From assembly GCA_000934665.2 (NCBI GenBank), contig KZ538296.1, positions 1 to 64,000 of the forward strand: DNA of 64,000 nt, read 5' to 3'. Positions 12,894 to 25,981 of this stretch are shown one piece after another. The notes below the pieces were generated by a model, which had not been told where the DNA came from, did no database searches, and saw nothing but the letters and a program-made list of their open reading frames with translations. Source of the DNA: Catajapyx aquilonaris (taxonomy: Eukaryota). Position 1 is the stretch's first letter; each line of letters begins with the position of its first letter. Position numbers and translations under genes: made by a program.

Positions 12894-13418
12894 GAGTAAG
12901 TCAAGCGGTAGTCAGCACATTCCTTTACCCAAAACAAGTCGCAAATGTAAGGGGGAGAAATGTCAAGAGATCAACTGCTGACAACGTAGACGACAATGGA
13001 GATTTGGGTTCCCGAGACAAACACGCCCACCCACCCGACAGCTTTTCTGTGGGAAAGGTGGAAACTGCTATGCTCCATCTTGTGCAGTGGTTGCCTAAGT
13101 GTCAGAATGTGATCCTGATATTGATGGCTGGAAAAAGAGGTGACCTTCCCAGATCCCCTTAGTTATATCATCCAGACTGAAATGAATGCAGCTGTGGTCA
13201 AACTAAATGAAAGACAGTGCATTGAAGTTCAGTGAAACCCAAATTAGCTTGGCAGTTTATTACCTCCCGAGTACTGAGGAAAGGAATGGACAGGCCAAGT
13301 GCCCAAACATCCCGGGAATGGTGAGAGAGTCTACTTGGGCATTGTCATCACCAAGAAGTTATTGCAAGTACAACCAAAGGCCTGGCAAAAATTTCCGGGC
13401 AGACGAGACACGGTAACC

Positions 13419-14469
13419 CAGTGGTTCCCAACCTGGAGGTTGCGACCCCCCATGGGGGCCAGCGTGAGAGGTCGCGGTTATTTTTATAAAATAAAAAATA
13501 ACTAAAATTAATAAATTAATAAAATTAATAAATTTTATATGAAATTTCATAATTATTGCAGGATAGCACTATTTCGCACTGCGAGGACCAATCAGGGCGC
13601 AGAGCTGAGTCATGTGGGATGTTCGATTCCTTCCCCGATCCTGACCTCACCAGCCCCCACCTCAGCACCCCCTGACCCCCGTCGGGCAGAAACTAGAAAG
13701 ACTGCAATGAGTGTGAAAGCAAAGGCCCGTGGAATGTGTCGAGCAGTCGAGAAAAGAAATAAAGTGGCAGTAGGAGCAGAAGGTGAAGGGGCATAGAGGA
13801 AGCTCATTGAGGAGGTGCATTGCCGGACATGACTGTGGGACTTGTCCATTTTGCCTACATGTCCACTCACGGCCTCGCATGTTACATCCTTGCACTAATG
13901 AAAACACCTCTTGGGAGAAGACAAATTCACATGCATCAAAAAGTGCCCGTTCTCGTGTGAGAAGTTGCCTGTTCACAGATGAGAATGTACCTTTACTGCA
14001 AGGGTGTGGGATACAAGCATGCAATACTTGTGTTAGTTATGGTTTGCGATCTGTGGCTTGTCGAAGCGACTGATGTATAACGTTACTAAAACTCAATCTG
14101 CATATGCAGTGGTAATTATCTGCAGCATTTGGCACCACTTTTATACCTTATTTGTAAAGAGAGAAGAAAAAGGTTTAAATTGACACCAAAATCAGCCCAA
14201 TCGGTGAAAAAATATGTAAATTACGAAGATTTTTCTAAACTGACGCAGAAACTCCGACCACTTTTCAAAAATTTCTCCTGAACCCAATTTTGGACCAAAA
14301 AATTTGGAAAAGATAATTTGATGTCACCTCATATGTAGCTTCTCATGTTAAAATTTTGAAAAAAAAATCTGACAAGTGAGACGTGAGAGAACGTGGCACC
14401 AGGTGATCTGGCGTGGAATGACCCTATCATAAAAGGGGGTCGTGACCCAAAAAAGGTTGGGAACCACTG
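13419..14469. mobile_element. hAT (Charlie-like) non-autonomous element
   Basis: TIR CAGTGGTTCCCAACCT ... AGGTTGGGAACCACTG; no clear 8 bp TSD. Confidence 0.7.
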
Positions 14470-15231
14470 GTGAAGAGCTTTGAAACTGGTTGATGCAGCA
14501 CATTGAAAATATTTCTGCATTGCTGATGTGTTTCATGCTATACATTTTGTTTACCCTCACTTCTCGGAAAACAAAACATATTGCCCCTTAACTTGCTCTG
14601 TCAACTTGCAACCACCTGGAAACATGCATCAACACACACTTTTATGAGCATCTGCATCAATGATAAATTTAGCAGTTAATTATAGAAGAGTAGTACACAG
14701 CCACTTCAATGTTAAATCATTTTCTGCCCATGTCCCCCACCTTCCCCCAACTCCTGGGGGCAACATCACCACCTTCCAGTCTTCCACCTCTGAGGCCCCA
14801 TGTTAAATCTCCAGGTCAGACAGGATTTTCTCAAGTGGATAGCCTTTCGAGAGGTTCTGTCCATGCTTGCTTGGGTTTTCTCAACGTTCTAACATTTCCT
14901 CTCACTGTCCAAAAACACATCTTCCCCTCTCAGCCTCCCCTATGCCAGATAGTCCTTATAGTTGCTTTGTCTCCCCCAATAAACCAAATCCCCACTGCTG
15001 ATAGTAGAAAGTGAATGTTATTGGCCATTGTTTGTTGCTAAAAATATTTTTGACTTCTGATTCCACTTATGAAATGCAGTCATCTCTGGAGTCTACTTTC
15101 ATCCAACAGCCAAAAAGCACACCTTAGGGTGGGAAGCACATGAGAAGTGCTACCCTCTACCTCATTAGCTCTCTATCCCTCTCTTATAATCCAAGACTCC
15201 TCAGTCACACTCACAGTCCCATGTCCCTTAC

Positions 15232-15429
15232 CTCGTACTGACGTGTTTCCTCCTCGCTATCTGAACCTGTTGTACCCTCTTCTTCCTGTCGCTTGGTCAT
15301 AAACACTTTCAGGAGATCTGGGCAATTCAAATCCTCCTCCTTCAGCCAGGTGTCCTTACTACCACCCTTCCAATGCACCCGAAACACTCTGCCACGCTTT
15401 GTAACACGCATGGCAACGATCGACTCGAC
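15232..15429 (-). CDS. Double-chromodomain protein, coding exon 2 (chromodomain 1)
   Basis: cag acceptor, gtaagg donor, phase 0; VESIVAMRVTKRGRVFRVHWKGGSKDTWLKEEDLNCPDLL. Confidence 0.88.
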
Positions 15430-15673
15430 CTGCAATAATGTGAACGAACATGAGTTCTACCATGTTTGCACATCTCAAGCAGTTAACACACACATAATTA
15501 TATCTTTTGCACTGTAATACATACTGCATTAACAAATTCATAAACTCTGAAATTAAAAATTCCATTGGCTTCCAAATGGCAGAGCTTAAACTGAGAGTTA
15601 GGCCAAAATTTTGAACAAATGTGTAGTTCGAAGTGTGCAGAAGTGGCACAGACAACATGGATATACTTCTGGG

Positions 15674-16159
15674 TTAAAGGGACACTCCACTCAAAATACA
15701 AGTTGGCCCCCAAAAATCGGGCAAAAAAATACGATTCCAACAACACCGATAATTATTTTTTCCGATGAACGATGAGCCCAGGGGAACCGGTTAATTATGC
15801 GTATTTTGGCGATACGGTTGCAACCGTATGCTACTGTTCACGACACCCTCGCCGCCTGGCGGCAGGAATGGGAAATGGAGGAGACGCATGGCTCTGCCCG
15901 CGAATTCAAACCGGAACGTATTCGAACCGTATGCAACTGTTCACGACACCTGCGCCACCTGTTGTTGATCTTCTCCTCTACTTCTCCGGCTTTCCGCGGG
16001 ATGGTGTTGAATCACCCTTCTTAGCAGACGACGTGTGTAGATATATTATTTTCCGTGTTACCGTTGGGCGTAGAAAAAAACCGATTGCACATTCGGAATC
16101 ATGATTTTTTGCCCGATTTTTGGGGGCCAACTTGTATTTTGAGTGGAGTGTTCCTTTAA
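15674..16159. mobile_element. TTAA-flanked (Kolobok-like) MITE
   Basis: Same TIR family as 3928-5007. Confidence 0.8.
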
Positions 16160-16256
16160 GGGCCCTAGTCTGGCTGGACAGGGCAGGTAACTCACCTGTT
16201 GAGCAACTACCATGAGGACATATCTGAGACTTTAGTAGTAAACAACAAATTGACCC

Positions 16257-17423
16257 CTTTCCAGTCCCACACCTCTAGCAGCCAAAGTTAGCCTGCCATC
16301 AATCAAAATGGCGTCGTAATGCTATCAACAAGCGGGATTGTCCTATCCCTGCCCGTGTTAAAAGGCCTCTGCTTGTCCACGTCTGGTGGCCTGGCCCCGG
16401 GGCAGATCTTGTCGAAATATTATTTTTATGGATTGACCATGGACCTGCCCTGCCCTCACCAGGTGCCAAAAGTTAATTGGCCCCCGGGCAGACTGCCCAC
16501 AGAGTGATTTTGTGAGTCGTGATCGCGCTTTTCTCATTGCTATCTGGGCTCTTCTTGTCTGCATCTGGTGGTCTGGCCCCGGGGCAGATGTTGCTGGAGA
16601 TTTTTTCTGGAGTGACCAGGGGCCTGCCCTTCCCTTATCAGGTGCCTCAAATGAATCGGCCTCGTGGCAGATTGCCCCCGAAGTGATTTTATGAATGCAA
16701 CTTTCTCATTACTATCCGGCCTCTTGTCCGTGTCTGGTGGGCTGGCCCCGGCGCAGATCTTGCTCGGATTTTTTCTGGAGTGACCAGGGTCTGAACTTCC
16801 CTCACCAGGCCCCATGGCGGATTGCTGCCCCCGGAATGATTTTGTGAGTGTGACTTTCTCCTTACTATCCGGGAATGACTTGTGCGCATCTGCTGGTCTG
16901 GGACCAGGGCAGATTATCTCCAAAAAAATCCCAGCAAGATCTCCCCTGGGGCCAAACAACCACACGCAGACAAGAACAGCCCAGACAGTAATGAAAGTCA
17001 CATTCACAAAATTACTCCAGGGGCAATCCGCCACCGATTCACTTGAGGCACCTGGTAAGGGAAGGGCAGGTCCCTGGTCACTCCAAAAAAAATCTCCAGA
17101 AAGATCTGCCCCGGGGCCAGACCACCAGATGCAGCAAGAAGAGCCCCTAAGATAGCAATGAGAAAAGTGCGATCATGACTCACAAAATCACTCCAAGGGC
17201 TGTCTGCCCGGGGGCCAATTAACTTTTGGCACCAGGTGAGGGCAGGGCATGGTAAATCCATTTAAAAATATTTCGACAAGATCTGTCCCAGGGCCAGGTC
17301 ACCAGACGCGGACAAACAGAGGCCTTTTAACATGGGCAGGGATAGGAAAATCCCACTTGTTGATAGCATAACGCCATTTTGATGGCAGGCCAACTTCGGC
17401 TGCTAGAGGGCGGAACTGGAAAG
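16257..17423. mobile_element. Foldback element with internal ~130 bp repeats
   Basis: Long inverted arms (16260-16900 vs 16920-17423) built from repeated GGTCTGGCCCCGGGGCAGAT units. Confidence 0.75.
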
Positions 17424-17606
17424 TCTTCAATTGCACCGTTGGTCTGACGTCCAGACCAGACCTATTCACCGAACTTCAACAAGCAGCCCTGGCACTGACA
17501 TACTCAAAAGCACAATATTATCAAAATTTAAACACCACTTTTACACATCAACTTTAAACACGACTATTATCATTATTATTTACCCTGTTGAGAGGACAGG
17601 ACTCTT

Positions 17607-18248
17607 TTAACCCTGGAACCGTGCCGTGGGGTCTTTTTGACCCCAAGGAAAAAAATGCTTAAAATGATCATTACAATGAACTTTTGCCATTTTTTTTTAC
17701 AGTATAATAATAATATAATAATTGTGGGGGTAGTGCTTCACCTTTCGGCGTTCGGCACGGACCTTTATTATTTGATCGTACATAGTGTACAAGTTGGAGC
17801 CATTGAGAAGCGCCCGGGCCCACGGGCAGGATGACAGGAAGGGATGTGCAAGTGCAGTGCATCTGACGTGGTGGCCATTTTTAGTGAACTCCCCCGGGTG
17901 GTTTAGTCTGTGGAAATACCACCCGAGACGAAGCCAGAGGTGACCCTGAACTCTGCACGAGATGAAGGGGGTGTCCCCGGGTTGGGATCGAACTCGGGAC
18001 CTTAACATCCGTGGGCGCATATGTTACCGCAGCGCCACTCCGCCTCCCCTTTTTACAGTATATAAGAGGAAGTTCAGGTTTATTTTGAATTAGCAATCCT
18101 TTTAGGCATTGTTCAAAGAATCATTGTACATGGTCAATACATTGAAAAGTATTAATAATTAATTAAAATAAAAATATGGTGGGGTCCGAAAAGACCCCAC
18201 GGCACGGTTGCTGTAATACTCGTAGGCACGGCACGGTTCCAGGGTTAA
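17607..18248. mobile_element. piggyBac-like MITE containing a SINE
   Basis: TTAA|CCCTGGAACCGTGCCGTG ... CACGGCACGGTTCCAGGG|TTAA. Confidence 0.75.
17705..18050 (-). mobile_element. tRNA-derived SINE, family B
   Basis: Homologous to copies at 41043, 42203 and 53950; TSD TTTTTACAGTATA; (ATT)n tail. Confidence 0.75.
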
Positions 18249-18324
18249 GGGGGTGGAACACCTCCATTTTATATTCAATTTTCTGTATATTTTCTTGGAA
18301 CTCCATGCAGGGAAGAAAGGACGT

Positions 18325-18516
18325 TTGGGGGGGTTTGTGGGGAGGAGACACAGGTCCATGTGCAATGTCTGAAATTGGGTCATGTGCAGTCACCCTGGAG
18401 GTTAGGTTGCTAGACCCTCCTGACGCAGGCGAAAAGGAGCTCCCAGGCGGGGATCAAACCCAGGACCTTCCACTCAGCAAGCCAAGTCATTACCAACTTG
18501 GCCACCAAGCCTCCCC
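18325..18516 (-). mobile_element. tRNA-derived SINE, family A
   Basis: Homologous to 3720-3914. Confidence 0.7.
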
Positions 18517-18596
18517 ATTAAAATAATAATAAAAAACCACTAGCTGCTGTCATCAAAACATCACCTAATAGTTCCACCAACAACACCAGTACCCAC

Positions 18597-18872
18597 CTCA
18601 TAGAGATCATCGTCTGTGCTGTCATCCTTCGGAAGTGGAACCACTTTGGCCACCTTAGACCTATGGTGTGGTACCTTTCCCGGTCGTCCTCTAGCCCGTT
18701 TCTTATGAATGCCATTCTGGTCCCCCGAATCCACCTTCTTTTTCCTGTCGTCCTCCCGATTGTCCTCAAACTCTTCATCTTCATCTTCATCCACATCTCT
18801 GTCCCGACGATGTAATGCTGGCTGTGCCAATACCGCCTCCTGCAACTTCTTCTTTGCTCCTCGTCGGCCCAT
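18597..18872 (-). CDS. Double-chromodomain protein, coding exon 1 (AT-hook, acidic linker)
   Basis: ATG at 18872; KRARGRPGK AT-hook; ends DDDLYE|gtgggt, joining in phase 0 to the chromodomain exon at 15429. Confidence 0.8.
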
Positions 18873-19109
18873 ACTCAATCCGTCCTTCGGCCAAAATACA
18901 CGTAATCTTTCTGGTATGTACTCTTCTTCTGTTGGGCACTTCCGTTGGCCCTAGTAAATATTGTTGAAGTTATTGTTAGTGCCTGCTCTGCCGAATGAGA
19001 CGCCAGGACGACGCCGCCAACTTGCTTTGGGGGGGTGGCAGGGGGCGCGGGGAAGCAGAAGCAGGCGGGAATGCACTCTGTCCGAGTATGGCCTATTTTG
19101 ACAGGTGTG

Positions 19110-19118
19110 CGCCATCTT
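19110..19118 (-). promoter_or_regulatory. YY1-like motif near the chromodomain gene 5' end
   Basis: AAGATGGCG in a GC-rich patch ~240 bp upstream of the ATG. Confidence 0.3.
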
Positions 19119-20564
19119 GTGGCCACTCTAGGTCTCGGGCGGGAACGGGCGGGAAGATCAACAAGGAAGTTTCCAGAATAATTTTAATTTTAAATTTAAC
19201 GCCAATTTCTTAGAGTCGTATACTGCTCATGAATAATGCTTTTAATTTTTTTTAAAAAAGCGCGTATGCATGATTCCCGATTGTAATTTTACCCATTTAA
19301 GGTGTTGCCACATTGTTCAACCAATGTTAAATTTATTAAATATAACTTGAGGTGGACAATGTGGGACTCAAAATTTGTCACTTCATCTGCCATTGTTATG
19401 ATCATTAAAATTAAAGTTCTGGTAGGTTCCTAGCACACCAGAGCCATTTCAAATGCACAAAAATGCAAATCAACTTCCAAGCCCAGATTTTCACTACCGT
19501 ACTCAAAGAATGTACTATATTTAAAAACTGAATTTCACTTTTTCGGCTAATATTGTTGAGATCAATTTAAACTAAAAATTATCGTGGTAGCCTACATCAC
19601 AAAATCTATCGTCTATCCAGCTGGACAGGATCCTTTTATTTTAACCCTGTACCGCGCATTGTGGATTGAGGGCAACAATTAATTTGCGCAGTGCCGTAAG
19701 CGTCAACGTTGGTCCTGAAAATCACAGTGTGGCTTGATGTCACAGTTAGATTGTTAGCTTCCGCTAGATGATACGGGCAATGTGGACAAATTATACGGTC
19801 AGGATGCGGTATGAAGCGGAGAGAAGCCAAGGTCATTGAAAATGGCGCGAAATTTGAATTTGCTGAAGCAGCAATATATTGTTTCTGGAGCTGATTAGGT
19901 GCAGATATTAAATATCCAATTACACGATTGTGTAAACTGCAAAGAGTAGCTCTCTTCGCCATTTGCAGCCATTCTAATTTTGCCAGCACAATTTCATCGC
20001 AATTTTTTGGCAGCTCAGGCACAATATTGCTTTGAGATTTGAATCCGAAGTCATTGTGCGTATTTTTATTCAAAAACGGTAACATGTACTGTACATATAT
20101 GAACATTAACGTTTTTAAGGTCCAGCTATTATAATTTGGACTGGAATATAGTCAATGGAAATCAGCCGAACGCATCCCTGGCGAACCTCCCACTTTTCAA
20201 GTTTCCATGGAGATGCTCTCATGCAGCATAAGAGTAATCAGTATTCTTTTGTTGACACTGTTTAGATGAGTAAACAGCAAGGTAAACAGTGTGTGACAAT
20301 TAAAATGTCCAGTGATTAGCAATTTTTCACCCTCCGGCACCTCTAAAATGTCTGATTCAAAGGAACTGCGTAACCCACTTGTTCCTAGCGTCCTATATAT
20401 AGGCCCAGCAGGGAAAAAATTATTTCTTGCAGTTATAATATTATTACAAATCACAGATTAAGGGAGCTGAACCTCTTCATGAAAGTCTACATACTCTACT
20501 GGGAGAATGCCGATACATCACATATCTGTGATTGCATCAGCCACAAATAATACAAGTTGAAACC

Positions 20565-20845
20565 GAAGCAGTAGTGGTGTAGTGGATATGGTGTCCGACT
20601 GCTAATCGGGAGGTCCTGATTCGAATCCCGGAGGCCGGCGATCCTGACCTTGGTTTTCTGTGGTTTCCCAAGGTCGCTCCAGGAATAATTTCCGGGATCG
20701 TACCGTAAAATAGGCCACAGCCGCTTCCTTCCGTTCCCTGTCCTGGAGGAGGTGTGGGTCAGGCGGGGGTTTCTAACCCGCATCTAGGGGGTCATCTATG
20801 GCGAACGGACCCCCTGAGGGACTGCACACAAGTAACTGATTAAAT
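20565..20845 (+). mobile_element. tRNA-derived SINE, family C
   Basis: tRNA-like head followed by ...AGGCCACAGCCGCTTCCTTCC; copies at ~45345 and ~56384. Confidence 0.75.
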
Positions 20846-21000
20846 TACGTAGATTAGTGCCAACAACAGCCACAGCATTCGGAGAAGTATTTTAGATCAC
20901 CCTGTATAGCCATAGTGTTACATAGTGATACTTGGGACCCATACTTTCCAAGATGAAAAAAGAGAAAGACCTTTGAGAAATTTATGCAACTCGATATTGT

Positions 21001-21850
21001 TGTAGATTAGTGGCAACTCATGATTAAGTTAAATCAAGTTAAGGGAGTTAGGCCACTATTCTCTCAAGTAGGTCCCTGAGAGGTTCCCACTTGCGTACCG
21101 TTCGGATGTTTCTAAGACAGCTCTAAGATGATGAGAGTGTATAGCGGGGAAGACAGAACCATAAACACAGAGACTCAGACAATCACTGTTTTATTCAGGT
21201 AAAACACATTGACAGGTAAACACCCTTGTGTCGTCATCTCACACTAGTTGGTCGTACCCTGGTAGGAGTGGTAGCTTCTAAGGAAGGCCCTCTGGGTTCT
21301 GGGTGGACGATGACAGTCTCTTCTGGATGCGTCAGGTCCTGGCCTCTCTGGGTGGTTAGGACCGGCTTGTCAGATTCTGGCTTCTGGCTTCGGACTACGT
21401 AACTCTCGACCTCTTGGACCCAAGTGCCCAAGAGTATTCTCCTGTTCTTAACAACCCACCAGTATTTATGGAGTCGAGGCCGGCAGTTAACGACGTCAGA
21501 ATCCTGGGGCAATTACCCTTCAGGATTCACATGACTTTATGTACAAGTACAGGACGTGTGGTCCAGGAAGGAGGATCTATGTGTCACCAGATTCAGGGTT
21601 CATGGGGGTATGCTGGCTATTCGGGGGGAACTACAATGATGAAGTCATCATTCCAATTGGGCTTCTGTGTGGTTGTGACCAAAAGGTCTAAAATCCACAC
21701 TGTGTTGTAAAGAGTGACTCGGCCCAGGTTGTGGTGAAGCTTATGCTACCACAAGTTCCCTAAAATAGTGTAAAGCCAGTGCCCTTTCAGGAAGACGTTG
21801 CATCAACGTAAAATGCCGGAAATAGCATGAATTTAGCCCTAAATGTAACA
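21001..21850 (-). repeat. 3' LTR of outer element
   Basis: TGTTACATT...AATCTACA on minus; AATAAA at 21190-21195; PPT at 21851-21860. Confidence 0.85.
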
Positions 21851-22922
21851 TCTCCCCTCCTAAGATTGGACGACCCGACCAATAACTATTTTCAAAATTT
21901 ACGTATTAAAACAAAACTCGTCTATAACTGCAAGCCTCCTTACAAACTCAATGTCAAGTCAGCTGTTCCGCAAAACAGCTGATGCGATGACACAGCTACG
22001 GCCCAGTTTACAATTCATTATCTCTACTACAACTTCTGCTAGAGAAAAACAAACAGTGTTATCAGGGTTGCATCACAATCAGTAATGGCTGCTCTCAACC
22101 AAAAAAAAAAAAAAAAACATTTCCAAGCCACCTTGGTGTTGTCTGAGAATTTTCACATTTTCATTGTTTCCAACTAAATCACACAAATCCATAAACAAGT
22201 ACATGAAATGTATAATAACCATTTGACCTAAAATAAACAACAACAATTATACAACTTGAGTAGTACGGGGGGATCCCAGTGGTTGCTGCCAAACAAAACA
22301 CACACAAAAAAATGTTATCAATTACATTTCTTGTAGCTTACAGTCCTTCCGGACCTGGGCCGCCTCTAATCCAATGGCAAAACAAACTAACAACGAAACA
22401 TTTCAAATTATGTTTAACCAGGCTGGCATCCATTAAACGGGACAACTGCAAAATGGAAAGATGTTACGTGAACCTAAATCACTTTATGCCCCAAAATTAT
22501 CACAAATCCATCCCAGTTTCAGGAGCTCCTAATGGCTCTCTACCCCCTCAGACTTGTTCCTCGGTCCCCGTTTTTTTTTTTTTTTTTTACTTAACCCATA
22601 CAGGACACCATCACCCTCCAAACCGACACACACCTCTCATTGGGGGCTCTTAGCAAGATGAAGGAGACAGGTTGGACAAAAGCACCAAACTTTGCATGGA
22701 GTTTTGTTTGGTCCTATGCTAATATAGTTTTTGGTAGGGTCCACGCAATCAGTGCACATGGGTCCTGTCACGTGCCATTTTTTTTCAGAAATCGCCCTGA
22801 GCAACGGAGGATTCCGCATCAAAGGAGCCACCTTTTGCCATAACCTTCTCCGATTTTGACCATATTCGGACATATTGTAGTTCCCATAAATGGGTTCATG
22901 CAACCGGGTTTGTTTAAGATAT

Positions 22923-23417
22923 TGTAAGGACCCTACATGGGCATGGAGACCTTATATGGGCATGAAGACCCTCCATGGCCTTATATGGTCATGGGTACTC
23001 CACTTCGTGGCATTAACGCCAGCTCAGAGAGTTCCGGGAAGAGACACGCCCTTAGGGTGTGATTGTGGTCGGTTACTCCCAGATATAAGGAAGAAGACAC
23101 AGTTGAAGAAGGGAAGACGCAGAAGAGAAGCAGAACAGTCCAGACAGCTTGGAAGCCTGACTTACAGAAGAAGAACCAGAAGGAGGGCCGAAGACCTAGA
23201 AGACGACTAGATGGCCTGACGGAAGACCCACCTTCCGTACCAGAGGCCATAACCGACCAGGACCATGAGTATCCAAGTGTATTAGGGTTTACCTAGTATT
23301 GTTTTATAATAAAAGGCAAAAAGGAACACCTGACTATTTGTATACCCTGGAACACTCTGGGCTACACCAAGAGAATGGCTTAACCAAATGTGAGACTACG
23401 CACCCCAGAATCTTACA
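22923..23417 (+). repeat. 5' LTR of inner element
   Basis: 495 bp; differs from the 3' LTR by about 5 substitutions and one 3 bp indel (counted by eye). Confidence 0.92.
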
Positions 23418-23420
23418 GTT

Positions 23421-23436
23421 TGGTGGAGGCGCTGGG
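23421..23436 (+). promoter_or_regulatory. Primer-binding site (tRNA-Ala-like)
   Basis: TGGTGGAGGCGCTGGG, 3 nt after the LTR end; complementary to a tRNA ending ...CTCCACCA. Confidence 0.75.
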
Positions 23437-23459
23437 TTTACATGTGAAATAAGCACAAA

Positions 23460-25184
23460 GTGAGAATTTCGAAGGCTAAAAAATGGAAGCGGTCATTAGG
23501 ACTTTCTTTCATTGGGGACTTTGGACAGTGGTGCTGTGATTTGGCTACTAAAGGACAATTAAAAGGTCTGTTTGCAAATGATCATAAGTTGGCACAAGCC
23601 ATCAGTAGTGTTCAAGGGCAAATACATCAAACACACACAGAGCTGCTCAAAACCGTGGAAAATTTGCAGAACTACGGCGAGGAAACCAACAAAGCCTTGT
23701 TGGAGCTGCACTCAGAAATTTTGCAGACAGTAGAGGCATTACATAAAGAAGGGAATCGTATAACAGGAATAATTGATGAAGTAGACAAGGAAGCTCAGGC
23801 TGGAATATGGTCCACCATGATGGCGTTTAGCAGAATGTCACAAATATTACAAATAATTCAGCAGTATGAAACCATGACGTTTTGCAAAGCACGGCAAATA
23901 CCTACGACTATTATTACCCCTGAGGTGTTAAAAAACGATTTGAACACGTTATCGGCTACGTTGAGGAAAAGCGGACAGAAATTAACTATTTCAGTAGAAG
24001 ACTTATCGGAGTATTTTAAACTTAAAATTTCGGAGTGTGCTATCAGTAACACGGAGATAGTAGTGCACATTAAAATTCCAATTTCAAAGCTAGAAAAAGA
24101 GTGGAAGTTGTTTGAATTAATTTCGGTTCCTTTTGCATGGCATGAAAATACATGCATTATTCCTCAGACACCATCTTTCGTCGCGGTGTCGCAAGGAGAC
24201 GTGCGAGCCATAACAGACACATATTTACATACTTGCAAACCATATGAAGATGGTTTATGTTTCATACCTAGGTATAGTTCAGATGTCTTAGATGGGCCTC
24301 TGTGCACCCAAACACTATTTGAGGGAGCAACGGTAAAAGAATTAAGCGATTATTGTAGATTTCATTGTCGTGAAGGCAAAATGACAATAATAAGCCAAGT
24401 TAATTTTGAAACGTACATTTTAACCCATGCACCTCACACAATTAGAATCACCTGTAAGGGAAAAGAGGATGTATACCTCAAACGAACTCAAAATGTTGGA
24501 GCCTTGGAAGTTCAAGTTCCTTGCAATTGTGTATTGTACTTTGGGCAGGATCGAAAAGTAGGAGAGCTGTTCCCATGTGATGCGAATTCGGTACGTGAAG
24601 CAACCGTACATCATATAATTCCCATGGCCTGGACCAAACTACAGCACTTGCAAATAGACACCTTCAGCAGACCATTGCAACCATTATTTTCAAACTTAAG
24701 TGATTGTTTTAATCCTAACTGGACGTTTGAGACGCCCATGTTAAATTTTACAAAGCCACGAGAACTGCAGAACATAGCCCAAAGACCCTACATGTTTGCG
24801 TTAGGTGAAGTCAGCACTAATACAGGATTATTGATTTGGAATGCTGCAAACAGTTTGTTTATACTGTTCATAATTATTAAAACTCCACGGCTTTTGTTGG
24901 GATTGCGCGTAAAGGGAGTAGCAGCAGAAACGGATATTCACGAATTATACAACCTCACGGAGGCGTTTAATGGTATACACACCGTAGTACTTTTGCTTAT
25001 TTTTGGAGCTGTCATATGGGGAGTATATGAGTTGATCAATGAATTCAGACGACACCGTCAAGAAATGAATAAACCAGTTGCATTAGAGATGACGGCTCAA
25101 GTTACATGTGAAATGCCAAAACCACGCACAGACGACAAGGAATCTCCTGAAAATGTAACCATAAGGAATAGAATGCCTGAATAA
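23460..25184 (+). CDS. env: F-type (baculovirus F/errantivirus env-like) envelope fusion protein, 5'-truncated
   Basis: 574 open codons. Basic site KKWKR, then fusion-peptide-like SLGLSFIGDFGQWCC, heptad region, Cys-rich ectodomain and two C-terminal hydrophobic segments. No signal peptide or ATG at the 5' end. Confidence 0.8.
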   Translation: MRISKAKKWKRSLGLSFIGDFGQWCCDLATKGQLKGLFANDHKLAQAISSVQGQIHQTHTELLKTVENLQNYGEETNKALLELHSEILQTVEALHKEGNRITGIIDEVDKEAQAGIWSTMMAFSRMSQILQIIQQYETMTFCKARQIPTTIITPEVLKNDLNTLSATLRKSGQKLTISVEDLSEYFKLKISECAISNTEIVVHIKIPISKLEKEWKLFELISVPFAWHENTCIIPQTPSFVAVSQGDVRAITDTYLHTCKPYEDGLCFIPRYSSDVLDGPLCTQTLFEGATVKELSDYCRFHCREGKMTIISQVNFETYILTHAPHTIRITCKGKEDVYLKRTQNVGALEVQVPCNCVLYFGQDRKVGELFPCDANSVREATVHHIIPMAWTKLQHLQIDTFSRPLQPLFSNLSDCFNPNWTFETPMLNFTKPRELQNIAQRPYMFALGEVSTNTGLLIWNAANSLFILFIIIKTPRLLLGLRVKGVAAETDIHELYNLTEAFNGIHTVVLLLIFGAVIWGVYELINEFRRHRQEMNKPVALEMTAQVTCEMPKPRTDDKESPENVTIRNRMPE

Positions 25185-25981
25185 GAAAGGAAGCTGCGAA
25201 AGTTGTCTAAGTCTACACAGACGGATGAGGGGTTAGGTGACTCCACTTTGAAACAAAGTAGACATAGCCCGGAGCCCCGTTTTGTCGTTGTGGATAGAGA
25301 CGTATGTTAAGAGGACAGGACAAAGAGAGAGAAAAAAGAGAGAAATAATAAGAAGTAATAGCGCAATGAAAATAGGGGATCCCCTCCAATCCTAGAATAC
25401 CCAATCCTTGAGTGAATTAACCAGCCATAGCGCTTGGCGAAAAATTGGGATTGTCAGCAGGAACCATAGAGAAACTGGCCAGTCTCACTTTGGAATCTGA
25501 CAGTGCAATTTTGTGAAATGGTATGAATGTTTAGATGATTTCTGAGTATATGAAAGTTTTCCCCGAGTCAAGAAGAAAAAAGAGAGTAACTGGTAGGAAG
25601 ACCAGTTTTGCGCAAGGAAGTTGTCCTAGTTATCAAGTATAAATAAATATGTTGATCAGCAGCACATGAGTGAAGAAATATAGGCATAATGTGGGTACGC
25701 AGAAACGGAAATCCATGGTTACAGAATCATAAAAGCGTTGGTATAACCCAGTCATCTGGGGTGTGGCAGGATGAGATAGGAAAAATGACATTTATTACTT
25801 ATGCGAGGAGAACTCAGTAAAACAGTGCAGTCTGCACGCAACGTTTGTGGTGGCAGGGTGGTTTGGTTTGTTGAACAAATAGTGTATGTTCCATTTATAG
25901 TTTGTTTTGAATTAGTTTTAGGATTAATGCTTTTTATTTCCAGCAGGGTATAATCTATATATTTTATTTCAGTAATTAGTC

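Noticed and set aside
19636..20106. 156 aa ORF on the minus strand
   Set aside because: No recognisable motif or splice context; may be TE-derived or a chance ORF.
22890..23296. ORFs within the inner LTRs (also 27883-28591)
   Set aside because: They appear twice only because the LTR is duplicated; no protein-like features.
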